Assembly (NCBI GenBank): GCA_951406725.2 | Contig: OX597815.1 | Coordinates: 22,196,001-22,260,000, forward strand | Source of the DNA: Octopus vulgaris | Taxonomy: Eukaryota | Direction of reading: 5' to 3' | DNA length: 64,000 nt | In this document: positions 13,830 to 26,716 of the stretch, piece by piece | How positions within the stretch are numbered: the first letter of the stretch is position 1 | How the letters are laid out: each line of letters opens with the position of its first letter | The notes under the pieces: model-generated | Database searches by the model: none | The model's input: the letters and a program-made list of their open reading frames with translations, nothing else | Told to the model about the DNA's origin: nothing | Program-made: the position numbers and the translations under genes

Positions 13830-14085
13830 GGAGGCGTGTGGCTTAGTGGTTAGGGTATCAGCACCATGATCGTAAGATTGTGGTTTCGATTCCTGGACCG
13901 GGCGATGCGTTGTGTTCTTGAGCACAACACTTCATTTCACGTTGCTCCAGTCCATTCAGCTGGCAAAAATGAGAAACGCTGCGATGGACTGGCATCCCGT
14001 CCAGTTGGGGAACACATACGTCATAGAAACCAGGAAACCGGGCCCATGAGCCTGGCTAGGCTTTAAAAAGGGCACATTTATTTAT
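13830..14085 (+). mobile_element. tRNA-derived SINE, family C
   Basis: A box TGGCTTAGTGG, B box GGTTTCGATTCC, body TTCTTGAGCA..ACACTTCATTTCACGTTGCTCCAG. A second copy lies at 46249-46500. Confidence 0.85.
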
Positions 14086-14957
14086 TTCTTTTTTATGACG
14101 ATGTAGCGCTAGATGTGCTATGACAACAACACTTTTGATCATAAGACTACTCCATCAGGGTCGATTTGAAACATGCATAATTGAAACACTATAATGAAGT
14201 TTCAATAGTACGTTGTTGGCAAAATAGCACAGAGCTTACCGAATCTTGCATTTTACTTCGCTGTTCAATTTCCGTCTATGATAAGTTATACATTTATGTT
14301 TTCTAAGTCGAGTGTGATCTTCACCTGTGTGTGTTTGTGTGTGTATGTGTGTCGTGTCTGTGCAAGCGTGTGCACCTTTGTGCTTGTGATTATGGCAACC
14401 AGTGTTAGTTTGTGTATATTGCAGCAATGTAGAGGTTCGGTAAAAAGAAAACGATTGAATAAGTACAAGACTTATAATAGGAGTGGGGTTGATAAGACCG
14501 ACTAAACTCTTCAAAGAGGTACCCTAGTATGACCACAGTCCAATTGCTGAAACAAGTTAAAAATTAAAGAGTAGTTTTGATTAATTACGGAGCTGACATA
14601 TAATCCAGTGCAATTTCTTTCACATCATCAATAGTAGACATCAGTCCAACCTGCAAGCCATTCTGACATCTCTCACTTTTCTGCATACACTGCTTCTCTG
14701 CACAGCAAACCTCACTAAGTGCATTTCTATGTATTTCTAAGTGTTTTAAGCTACATTATATGTTTCAAATTTGCTCTAAGATGTGGTGTCTGCCATATCT
14801 AGAGCATATACTTTACGAGAGGCTAGTATCGCTCCAATGAATAGAGATCAAGGAAACATCTTCGAGCAGGGATATGCCCTGAGCGAAAGCTATACAATAA
14901 CTGACCCTCTCCTGCCGATATCCCCAGCTTGTTGCCAACCATTGGTGCTGGTTTGTG

Positions 14958-15069
14958 TGCTCGTTACTCGAGACACCGTTCGTCACTCGAGATATTTTAT
15001 GTTCGAAAAATTGTTCGTAAACAGATTTGTTCGTGAATAGAGGCGTTCGTAAACTGAGGTTACACTGTA
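14958..15069. mobile_element. Pogo/Tigger-like MITE terminal fragment
   Basis: Ends in GAGGTTACACTG|TA with reiterated (G)TTCGT subterminal motifs. No partner TIR was seen. Confidence 0.5.
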
Positions 15070-16317
15070 TAAAACAACTCACCTCGCCACTGTTTTATAA
15101 TACCTATATGAAAAACAACACAAAATGTTCAACGCCTATCAATCACGCGTGATTTTTTATATTGTTCCCACTACCTGCCTAAATGACATTTTAAAGGCTA
15201 CAGAGTGCTTCAGACTTGATTAGATACTGACTCATCTTTATAAGATCAAGTAAAATTAGCGCTAATGTGCCGCTTCCGTATCTGACACTGCACCGCTGCT
15301 ACACACGAAAATAATCTCGACTGCATCCAATAAAGGCCATTCGACAAACTGCCAAAGCTTCAGTCACCCATACGCTGCAACTATTGGCTCAAAAGTAAGC
15401 TATTTATTGTCTTTCTGCTTTCCACTGCCATTGTAACGGCATCTGTTTTTATGAAGTATCCCGCTTTATGCCAACCCTCAAGCATAATCTGTACATTTGC
15501 TTCTCCTATAGAAATTACCCGTGTCATGCCTCACCACTCACTCTGCATTTAACACCTCGTATATGTTTCTGCTTCAGAACAACACCTTTCAGTGTTCATC
15601 TCCAACCTTATTTTCAAGATGGATTTCAACAGCATCCATTTCACCAGTCTGAGAGTGCCTGTAAAATTCCTAAACACTTCTCTTCCTCCTCTAACTAAAT
15701 ATCCAATATTATTATCAATATACCACATTTTTCTTTGTTGTATTCGACTATGGTGCTTTCATATATATGTATACGTTAATAAATAATTCAAATTTGACTT
15801 TAAAAGCATTATTCAGCCATTTTGTTTTATGGTCGCAACAAAATCTATGAGATGAGGCATGCATTTTCTATTATGACTGTTTATCCTTTCACAAGAGGAT
15901 ACAAAATCAATACTCAAAGACTGTAAATGATGTTAATTCTTTAATGCTTATTTATCTGATTCAATCAAATCAGTTCTAGTTGGAGGTTAGTTTCATGGCG
16001 AACTATACAAAGTTTAGATTTTCGCTTAATTATATTTGACACATAATAAACTAATTAAGATTACATATAACGACAGTATTTTGATTTCTTAGTACAATTA
16101 CTTAAGATTGCCCAAGGGTAATATATTCCCCGAGATAAGTGAAGTAAATGCGGTAAAAGAAAGCCAATGGAACCTTGAGGCAACGATAGTATCTTTACTT
16201 GACACAACCAATAACCTTGGTGTAACATTTTTATTGATTCCAAATATTCTTCGATTATATTCATTGTAAGTCATCGAGTGCATTGAAAGGTGTTTCTTAT
16301 TTATACATGTGTGTGTA

Positions 16318-16470
16318 TACATTATTTACATTATTTACAATTGACAGATATTTGTCCTCATCTTGTTTGTTGTTAACACACCGTTTCGACTGATATACCC
16401 TTCAGCCTTCATGAGGTGTCTTGGGGGAAATTTCGAACCTGGGTTCTCATTCCTAAGGTATCTTTCGATC

Positions 16471-16533
<63 letters not shown>

Positions 16534-16690
16534 TCATTGCCTGGAATCGAACTCGGAGTCTTGGGGTTAGTAGCCCGCGCTCTTAACCACAACGCCATAT
16601 GCCGTGGGCATAACAACAAACAAGATGAGGACAAATATCCATCAATTGTAAATAATGTAAATAATGTACATAATTCCACATCTCTTAAAT
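16318..16690 (-). mobile_element. Composite element: tRNA-like head, (AAT)n, hammerhead and PLE-type tail, with an inverted tail copy
   Basis: Head at 16603-16530 (A box TGGCGTTGTGG, B box GAGTTCGATTCC). HHR-like at 16419-16376. Inverted arms of 58 bp at 16318-16375 and 16611-16668. Confidence 0.8.
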
Positions 16691-16745
16691 ATAGAACTGT
16701 ATGTGTATGTATGCTTGTGCGCGAGTACGTACATACATACATGCA

Positions 16746-16779
<34 letters not shown>

Positions 16780-16781
<2 letters not shown>

Positions 16782-17200
16782 CGCAGGAGCGGCTGTGTGG
16801 TAAGTAGCTTGCTTACCAACCGCATGGTTTCGAGTTTAGTCTCACTGCGTGGCACCTTGGGCAAGAGTCTTCTACTATAGCCTCGGGCCGACCAAAGTCT
16901 TGTGAGTGAATTTGGTAGACGGAAACTGAAAGAAGCCCGTCGTATATATATATATATATATATGTGTGTGTGAGTGTGTGTGTATGTTTGTGTGTCTGTG
17001 TTTGTCCCCCCAACGTCGCTTGACAACCGATGCTGGTGTGTTTACGTCCCCGTAACTTAGCGGTTCGGCAAAAGAGAACCGATAGAATAAGTACTAGGCT
17101 TACAAAGAATAAGTCCTTGGGTATATTTCCTCGGCTAAACGCGGTGCTCCAGCATGGCCACAGTCAAATGACTGAAGCAAGAAAAAAAAAAGAGAGAAAG
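16780..17200 (+). mobile_element. SINE family A (tRNA head, CORE-like CCTTGGGCAAG, internal (TA)n(TG)n, LINE-like tail)
   Basis: At least 7 near-full copies in the window. Tail is GCGGTGCTCCAGCATGGCC.CAGTCAAATGACTGAAACAAGTAAAAG. Confidence 0.9.
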
Positions 17201-17841
17201 TAAAGTGTATCCACACAGAGATTAATGGCTTGTAGCTCTTTATAATGCATACAAACCCGTACTCAGCTAAACTGAAGAATAATTTACATAATGCTGACAG
17301 CGTGGATTAATTAATTCATTTATTGTGCATGATACGACGTTTTCTGATGGTGGGAAACGTGTAAAAATTACTACATCCTAACAGCTTCTAGCTTTCTGTT
17401 GTCTTAAAATGGTATGTTGTAATCATTCTATTTAATTTTCACAGCAGGCATGTCTTACACAATATTAAATTTCAAATTATTCACGAATGTGGTTTAGGGT
17501 ATTATTAATTAGGGAATTAATATATTCGGGTTGTCAGCTTAGGCACTTCTACACAAATTAGAGCCCAAAATTGTAGACATTATACGTTAGTTGATAAATC
17601 TTTGAGAAGAGTAGAAATTAATTAGACTGATCGCGCTTTTTCTGTGTACAGAAAGAGTTTCTGTTAACAGAGAAATAAGACTTATGGGGTTAGTCACGTT
17701 CTTAACTTTTTCCCAGTGTGATTAACATTGTATGTTTATAAAGAGATACATATGCACAGATATGACTGTGTGGTTAACAAGATTGCCTTGTAATATTGTG
17801 GTTTCATGATCAGTAATAATTCCCTAATTAATAATACCCTA

Positions 17842-18256
17842 GGCGTAGGAGTGGCTGTGTGGTAAGTAGCTTGCTTACCAACCACATGGTTCCGGGTTCA
17901 GTCCCATTGCGTGGCACATTGGGCAAGTGTCTTCTACTATAGCCTCGGGCCGACCAAAGCCTTGTGAGTGGATTTGGTAGACGGAAACTGAAAGAAGCCT
18001 GTCGTATATATGTATATATATGTGTGTGCATGTGTGTGTGTGTGTGTTTGTGTGTCTGTATTTGTTCCCCTCCCCAACATCGCTTGACAACCGACGCTGG
18101 TGTGTTTACGTTCCCGTAACTTAAGCGGTTCGGCAAAAGACCGATAGAATAAGTTTCTAGGCTTACAAAGAATAAGTCCTGGGGTCGATTTGCTCGGCCA
18201 AAGAAGGTGCTCCAGCATGGCCGCAGTCAAATGACTGAAACAAGTAAAAGAGTAAA
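17842..18256 (+). mobile_element. SINE family A
   Basis: Collinear with 16780-17200. Confidence 0.9.
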
Positions 18257-18566
18257 CCACGAAACTTGTTGAGTTTGAAGAAGGATCAATGCTCATGACA
18301 TCTGCAGGCCATCAAAGACCAGTTAGTTTAATGCAGTCAATGTTCCATTTAAAAACAGTGACGAGAAGAGGAGACTTGAGTTGGTCGGAGTACCTGAATG
18401 GTTGTGGTAAGAAACCAGCTAACTTCGAAGTAGAAATATAATCCTTAAATATGTGTGTGCATGTGTTTATGCATGTATATATGTATTATGCATACAAACA
18501 CACACAAACAGACACACACACACATACACACATTCACACACTCACACACATGAGTGCGTATCTATC

Positions 18567-18607
<41 letters not shown>

Positions 18608-18615
<8 letters not shown>

Positions 18616-19172
18616 GTTGTATACTGTCAATCTAACACGAACGTGACAGTAGGGGGGTACATTGTCCTTCATCGGCCTAGAGCTATACAGGGCTATACAG
18701 CGGTGGTGTACCCCCCTACTGTCACGTTCGTGTTAGATTGACAGTATACAACCATTCTATCGCCCCACCACCATACATGTCTCTACGAGAGATTTAGAAA
18801 TTTAATATTTCTTATTTTGATAATCAGTGAATAGACTTCACTGAATTATAGATATATACAATACGAAGTCGAGACAAATATCGCCAGCTGACCGGTGTCT
18901 GCTACTCTAGGCCGATGAAGGACAATGATCCTGAAACACGTGTCCCTAGATGCAGCTCCGGCGGCCGGGGTGTTTGTCTCCCCTTCGTAAATGTATATAA
19001 GGACACAGGGAAAAATGTGTCAAAGCCATCAGGAGGCGTCGATGCTTCTTAGGGCTATACAGCGGTGGTGTACCCCCCTACTGTCACGTTCGTGTTAGAT
19101 TGACAGTATACAACCATTATATCGCCCCACCACCATACATGTCTCTACGAGAGATTTAGAAATTTAGTATTT

Positions 19173-19177
<5 letters not shown>
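18608..19177 (+). mobile_element. Retrozyme-like / non-autonomous PLE: 362-bp unit present ~1.35 times, with a central hammerhead and 5' inverted fragments
   Basis: Direct repeat 18689-18815 = 19051-19177. HHR at 18906-18950. Inverted fragments at 18608-18660 and 18660-18682. (TA)n on both sides. Confidence 0.85.
18899..18955 (+). ncRNA. Type I hammerhead ribozyme (U4C core variant)
   Basis: TCTAGG-CCGATGA-AGGA(caatga)TCCT-GAAA-CACGTG-TC-CCTAGA, with stem I extended by CTGC/GCAG. Predicted cleavage after GUC at 18944. Confidence 0.9.
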
Positions 19178-19231
<54 letters not shown>

Positions 19232-20285
19232 GTATATGTATGTATGTATGTATGTATATATGTATGTACATGCATCTGGTGCGTATGTACGCAGCCTAAT
19301 GTTATTATAGACCATTTTTGTTACATTTTGGAAACGACCAAATGCAGAAACATTGCCTGTCAAATATGGTTGAAGCGATGAATAACAAGGGAATTTTACT
19401 TTATTAAGAAGAAAACCTCCAGGCGCTTTGATTTATTCATGGAAATCTCCAGATCTTTTTGTATACTCAAGATGTTTTACTTTTTCGAAGACTTTTCCTG
19501 GTTCTTCAATTTGCATTCGTATCTCTGTTATATATCTGAATAAATACACAATATATTTTACGAAATATTTTACAAACAATGTGTTATTGACTTGGTATTA
19601 TATATTATGTATCTACTAAAATTTTCAAAATCTATGAATTATTCCGTATCAAAAATATTTTAGCCTTTACATCTTCAGTTTAATATTTCCATGAAATATC
19701 AATAATTTATATCTATTGAAATATTAATATCAATTTACAAATTCATTCGAAAACCGTTTGATATTGTTGCTTTCATTTGTTGTCGCACTGTTTTCAGATC
19801 AAACCGCTCGGGAAGCGATAAAATTAATACTGGAACTTTTCTGAGGCCGCAGCTAAATACTATAGGCTCTCACATAAAAAGAAATACACCCAATCAAAAT
19901 AAAATAAACTACAGACTTTATCTTTGTGGCATAAAATAGAGTGTAGTACGATGAATCAAATATGGAATCAATTACAATTCCACTTATAAAATACTAAAGG
20001 ATTTAATTTCGTCACTATGACACAAGTTAGTCTATGATTATCATTACTTGCTTTATCCTGTTATTTGTTTTACTCGGATATTAGTCAAAGGAAGAAGAAA
20101 TAGCCATGACAGCCGCAGTCCCTCGGATATTATTGATATTGATGTAGTTGATATTTGCAGGCTGAACACAGATGGGAAGGAAATACCAGAAAGCTGAAAT
20201 TCTAGGAATAACAGAATGAACATAATAATTGGTGATGAGTCTACTGGGTGAGTAGGGCTCAACCGGTATAGAAGAAAAGCTCGAG

Positions 20286-20520
20286 GGCGGCGAGCTGGCA
20301 GAAACGTTAGCACGCCGGGCGAAATGCTTAGCAGTATTTCGTCTGCTTCTTACGTTCTGAGTTCAAATTCCGCCGAGGTCGACTTTGCCTTTCATCCTTA
20401 CGGGGTCGATAAATTAAGTAGCAGTTACGCACTGGGGTCGATATAATCGACTTAACCCGTTTGTCTGTCCCTGTTTGTCCTCTCTGTGTTTAGCCCCTTG
20501 TGGGTAGTAACGAAATAGGT
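20286..20520 (+). mobile_element. SINE family D (tRNA-like head, Meta/Sauria-like central domain)
   Basis: GGCGGCGAGCTGGCAGAA...GAGTTCAAATTCC...GCCTTTCATCCTT.CGGGGTCGATAAA. Several copies in the window. Confidence 0.85.
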
Positions 20521-20749
20521 ATAGAAGAAAAGAGGCAGAGTTACGGCTGTATCGGTTAGATCTGAATATGAATGATACGTTTTTAGCTAGTTCCGAACAA
20601 CCTCTGTTCCTTGAAACAGCTAATTATAACATTAAAAATCATTGCTAATTAGCCTAGTGGTTTTATTACGAGTACAATCTAAAATATGTGCGTACATAAA
20701 AGTAGCACCGTTCTAAGAGCTGGAGGTGGAGTCTTGAATGCATAGTGAC

Positions 20750-20960
20750 TAGCTATGTGCAGCCTACAGTATCATGTTTTCTGTTCTTTTCAAATATCTA
20801 ATACATTTTGGATGCGCCAAGGAGGCAAATCTTTTGTAACATGTCCACTGGGCACTCTATTCCCATTGTCTATATTCCTCTTCATGCCTTCTGATACTGT
20901 ATCCTAGGACGCAACAAAATTTGGCTTTAATTTAATCTTTTTCATTTTCCACAGTTGAGT
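20750..20960 (-). mobile_element. R4/Dong-like non-LTR 3' fragment, copy 2
   Basis: Aligns by eye to 9825-10030 (shared ggcaaa.cttttgtaac and ctgggcactctattcc). Confidence 0.6.
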
Positions 20961-21009
20961 CAACTCCTATTGAAAAGGGTTGTGTACATCTATTTTGTTG
21001 CATCCTGTA

Positions 21010-21043
<34 letters not shown>

Positions 21044-21926
21044 GCGAAATCGTAGTTTCATTTCCTGGACCAGGGATACTTTGTGTTCTTCTGCAAAATA
21101 TTTAATCTCAAGTTGATCTGCGATCAATTCAACACTTGGCGTGTAGTATACCATCCGGAAGAGGTGAGCTAATGTACAGCACATACATGTGATCACCATA
21201 AACAAACATACATATACATATATATATGTAGGAAAAATAACGGAAAACAAGTTTAAATCATTTGTTCCTTCGTAAGCTTTACCAATGTTGTTGTTTAGAA
21301 TTGTGGATTATGCAACAATTCTGTAACATAACGCAATAAAGAGTTACCCGATGACCCGCTGTGGTGAAGCATAGAACAGCACTAAGAACATCTAATGCAA
21401 ACTTCTAAACAACCAGAATGGTGAAATTTACGTAGGGGTAAATGATATATTTGTAATAAGCGTGTTAGCCAGTTGATTCCTTTTTCTAACTTTTTCCAAA
21501 TTGTCACTAGAAAACCTGATGTACCAATTATTATACGTATAAATGTGAATTTATAACTTTGCAGGGGTGTACGTTCCGGGTGTGTTAGATGTGCGCTGCA
21601 CACCCATCGAAAATGGCAAATTCTTTATAAATCACAAATCAGAATGGAAAACTTTTGTTATGCTCCTGCTTGAAATTTGGTGGTGGGTGTCCTCAAATGA
21701 CACAGCACAGGTCACAGCAAATTGTAAGATAACATTGTAACGGGCGTATTGTAGGATAATGGGAGAATGGCAAGACATTAATGACAGGGGGTGTGAGGTA
21801 GCTTTGACAGCACGGGCGCATGTTCGTTTTCGTGGCGAAAAGTTGTACATTTAAAATAATTTAAAATTCTAAAACTATTCTTATTTTACAAAATTTTTTT
21901 CTAACGATATCACCATTTAACTTTGA

Positions 21927-21929
<3 letters not shown>

Positions 21930-21974
<45 letters not shown>

Positions 21975-21999
21975 ATATATGTTATATATATATATGTTA

Positions 22000-22042
<43 letters not shown>

Positions 22043-22058
22043 AACATATATATATATG

Positions 22059-22124
<66 letters not shown>

Positions 22125-22426
22125 CCGCTGAAATCAACACATTTCTTTTCATTCTCTCTTTGTTTATTTCCTCTCATTCCTTTCTATCGAAGAGCCAAGG
22201 CTTGAAAAGTAAGAGACTTTTCCATTTCCCGAGCATCAAACTAATACACTAATACACTTGCGTGTTGTTCCTACACCTGTCTTCGTCTTTGTTTTTCTAT
22301 AAATCTGAACTATATATATGTATATGTGTATATATGTCAAATAGTCTTTACTTTAAAGATCTGTTACTGAATATCTCTTTGAGAGATTTAGAAATAATAA
22401 TGATTATATATATATATGTATGTATA

Positions 22427-22499
<73 letters not shown>

Positions 22500-22615
22500 A
22501 CATCTATATATATATAATATATATATGTGTGTATATATATATGTATATATATGCATATAATATATATATATATATATGTATGTATATATATATATTTATA
22601 TATATAAGTATATAT

Positions 22616-22675
<60 letters not shown>

Positions 22676-22680
22676 TATAT
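21930..22680. repeat. Compound (TA)n microsatellite field
   Basis: Directly visible. Similar fields lie at 26500-27110 and 34686-35090. Confidence 0.95.
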
Positions 22681-22822
22681 AGAGAGTGGTCACTATATGG
22701 CTCACTCTAGCACTAATTAATCCAAAAGGTTTCGACCACAAAAATACATGTTTCCCATGAAAGTCAGTACGATTGTTAGCTCACACGGACAGGGTAAATA
22801 AAAATAACAAAAATACAGATTA

Positions 22823-22903
22823 TTTTGGGACAATTGTTTCGCTATTAATGAATTAAATGTAATTTTACTTACAAAAAATCCACTTGTAGCTCCTCAGCCA
22901 AAA
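22823..22903 (-). ncRNA. Type I hammerhead ribozyme (canonical core) in a ~320-bp element between (TA)n tracts
   Basis: TTTTGG-CTGAGGA-GCTA(~42 nt)TAGC-GAAA-CAATTG-TC-CCAAAA. GUC cleavage triplet. Confidence 0.9.
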
Positions 22904-23000
22904 CTATCTGGATGAAAACCACTCAATCACACGCCAGATTTTACCATAACGATAAATACTATACTATTAAATTAGTATCTAATTCTCTCACCCTTATTAA

Positions 23001-23037
<37 letters not shown>

Positions 23038-23123
23038 AATATATATATATATATGTATATATATGTAATCATATATATGTAAATATATATATATATATGT
23101 ATATATATGTAAATATATATATG

Positions 23124-23193
<70 letters not shown>

Positions 23194-23754
23194 CTTTTGT
23201 GTGTGCTACACCCACTCACCTTATCGCTATGATTTTAAAAATTATAGAACATGTAATGATGTCCTCTGCTTGAAATAATTTTCGCGACTTCTTACTAAAA
23301 AAACTTGCTTTTTTTCTATTAAGTTGATTTATTTCAATCTCAGATACCAGGTACCAATAATTATGCATGCTGTACGGTTTAAATATTGATAGTCAATCCT
23401 TTTAATAAGTTCATTCCATTTTTAGCTTATAATTTTATAAATAGACAATATTTCCTTATTTATTCGCTTGAAAAGTGCACTGAAAGCATTTTGTTGTTAT
23501 GTGTTGATATATTTTTCCTTTCAGTTTGATAATCTTCGAAAATTCTAATGTTACACTCATTATTGACTTTTTCGCAGCTGCTACATTTCAGTAACATCCA
23601 ATCAATTTTGTTCAAGAATTCCCCCACTTTGCTATTTAGGGATATTTTTTTGTTTCGTTCATTTCGTCTTGAAGAAGGGGATGTGGTCATAGCTTTTGTA
23701 GATCGGTGGAAATGATATCGTTAACGTTTCGTTTGAACTCTTACTTGTGTACAG

Positions 23755-24140
23755 TGGAGGCGCAATGGCCCAGTGGTTAGGACAGCGGACTCGCGGTCAT
23801 AGGATCTCGGTTTCGATTCCCAGACCGGGCGTTGTGAGTGTTTATTGAGCGAAAACACCTAAAAGCTCCACGATGCTCCGGCAGGGGATGGTGGTGATCC
23901 CTGCTGTACTCTTTCACCACAACTTTCTCTCACTCTTACTTCCTGTTTCTGTTGTACCTGTATTTCAAGGGGCCGGCCTTGTCACTCTCTGTGTCACGCT
24001 GAATATCCCCGAGAACTACGTTAAGGGTACACGTGTCTGTGGAGTGTTCAGCCACTTACACGTTAATTTCACGAGCAGGCTGTTCCGTTGATTCGGATCA
24101 ACCGGAACCCTCATCGTCGTAACCGACGGAGTGCTTCCAA
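23755..24140 (+). mobile_element. SINE family B (tail type 1)
   Basis: tRNA head with A/B boxes. Near-identical to 31960-32345. Confidence 0.9.
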
Positions 24141-24957
24141 CTTGTGTACAAACCTGAATCGTTTAACTATATGAAACAGTATTTCAATAACACCTTACGT
24201 TCGGTATCAATTTTGACTCATTCATATCCACTTATACGTTTTACATACAATTTTAGTTCTGTCGTTACTGGAGACAGAGGAAAAAGTGCTATAAAGAATA
24301 AAAGGCATTTTTGTTAAAATTAAAGAAAAATAAAGGTGATACACGCTACGATTATTCGTATTATTCTCGCGAGTAATTCACAAGAGTATCAAGCAAATTA
24401 GACCTGAAAGGGAATTCAATCTTATCTTTAGCAGACATGAGGTATAAAACTGAAAAATGATTTCTGTTTATGTTGTTTTTATGAAGAACTGTAAGTAAAT
24501 ATCAAATTGGTTATCAATAACGTTAACAATAAGAAGGATAATAATAATAATAATAATGATATTATCTTCATCATAATAATTGTTTTCAATTATAATCTGG
24601 TTGACGTTGTTTGGTGTGTTTGTGCATTTTCGTCAGTGTGCCTTTCAAGCTGTTAGCACTTGTGCGTGTGTCTCTGCGTGTATTTGCCGTTTCAATAGTA
24701 GCATTCTTTTAGTCTCTGATATATTCCTTTTTCTTAAATGTCTTTTTCACTTCTCATTGATGATTGTAGATTTAAGTTAATTTTATGCTGAGGTTACCAA
24801 GTTGTCTATTATTGCATTGTATAAGTAGTAAGCACGCGTATAGATAATAAATAATGAATATAAACAGTAATAATTAGACCGCTATTAGCAATTTAGTTTT
24901 CATAACAGAATGCTTGCAGAAATGAGTGCAAGCATATGAAGAAATATATATAAATAT

Positions 24958-24991
<34 letters not shown>

Positions 24992-25014
24992 ATATAACAC
25001 TCCTGTCACAACCT

Positions 25015-25058
25015 GGGACCTTGAAGACTGCTTTAATGCAAGAAAGTATACTAGTCCC
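25015..25058 (+). ncRNA. Minimal type I hammerhead motif, slightly variant
   Basis: GGGAC-CTTGAAGA-CTGC(tttaat)GCAA-GAAA-GTATAC-TA-GTCCC. One extra core nucleotide and a C.A mismatch at the base of stem II. The host element lies between (TA)n tracts. Confidence 0.75.
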
Positions 25059-25215
25059 TTAATATTTCATATTCAGTATTTCATCTATTCAATAAGACAA
25101 TCAATACTTCATTTCATTTTACTATATATACTATTTATACTATATATTCTATATTCTACATTAATATTATAAAGAATATAAATAAAACATAAAAAACAGA
25201 GTTTGAATTCCTTTG

Positions 25216-25278
<63 letters not shown>

Positions 25279-25805
25279 AACTTAAATAAACTTAGATAAA
25301 CTTAGATATGTTTCGACCAAAGATTGGTCCAGGCCATGTCTAACTTAATAGCACCACCTGATAGGATTATTCGAATCCTGTTTAAGTCAAGTTTTGTTTG
25401 AGTCAAGTTTTGTTCAAGTAGTGAGTTCTTGTTGGGTGAGTTGTATCCAATTATGGGTGGCTTATCTGGTATTCTTTGAAGGAATCTATCCAGACTCTGT
25501 TTGAAGTTGATGGGATCCTTTTCCTCTTTGATCTCCCTCGGGACAATGTTAAATAGGGCAGGGCCTGTTGAGGAAAAGAAATTATGTTGCAGTGTACATG
25601 TATGTTGTGATCTTGAATTGGGCAGGGGACGTATAGCCCGTGGTCCCAGTCTTGGATGAACCTTGAAGCTAATGTTTAGGTCGTTTGGGCAAAGTTGGCG
25701 GTATATTTTCCACATCGTACAAATGATGTACCGCTCACGGCGACGCTGGAGGGAGTAAAGTTTCAAGGCTTTAAGGCGATCCCAATAATCGAGAGCAGCC
25801 ATGCC
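25279..25805 (-). mobile_element. CR1-group LINE 3' end, 5'-truncated, open ORF2 C-terminus
   Basis: LDYWDRLKALKLYSLQRRRERY..WKI...GPALFNIVP...FKQSLDRFLQRIPDKP, then a 3' tail of short tandem repeats (TAAGTTTATC-like). Confidence 0.88.
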
Positions 25806-26167
25806 TTCAAAATGATATTAGTAGCAATAGTGGCAATGGTAATAGTAATGATGGTAATATTAATGGCAATTTGTAACTTAATATAATGAACTCTTGACTT
25901 TGTATATCTGCATTTGAATATAGATATGTGTATGTTTCTATATTGTAATATTCTAATATATTGTTTTGACCAACTGTAACATTGAATATAGAACATATGT
26001 ATGTATATTGCTGTATATTATTATTATGTATATGTATATATATATGTATAGGAGTATGGGTATATGCACTCATATATATGTGTATATTATATATTATGGG
26101 TATGTACCCACTCTTGTATGAGTGTACCTCCTCTGATTTTCATATTTAATTTAGTTTGTTCTTCATA

Positions 26168-26300
26168 ATCTCTGAAGAGGCCTTGGGATATTTTTGTAAG
26201 TATCTCATTTATAACTACATATTAACCTATCACACATGGCTAATATGAGCATAATGAGGCACCCATATCTGCATGGCTGAAACAGCTGTAAGATGTAGTT
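26168..26300 (+). ncRNA. Type I hammerhead with a long stem/loop II
   Basis: ATCT-CTGAAGA-GGCC(92 nt)GGCT-GAAA-CAGCTG-TA-AGAT. Confidence 0.8.
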
Positions 26301-26647
26301 TATATTTATATTTGTATTTATTTATATTCACTTATACATACTGTACTTATTGTATCATATTACTCATTGATGTACATTGTTTTGTTCTATATTATTATGT
26401 TTGACCTTAATGTTCATATGTAGTGGTTTAATAAATTATGTGATTGGGTATTATCTGGTAGTTGATTATTGATTAAGATGTATTTCTCCATTTCCTTATT
26501 TTGTATATATATGTATATATATATATTTATATATATATAGTTATATATGTATGTGTATGTATTAATGTATATATATATAGTTATATATATTTATTTATGT
26601 ATATATATTTATATATATATATAAATATATACATATATATATTTATT

Positions 26648-26716
<69 letters not shown>

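Noticed and set aside
16530-16603. Functional tRNA gene
   Set aside because: No proper acceptor stem or T-run terminator; it is a SINE-like head. The same applies to the other tRNA-like heads in the window.
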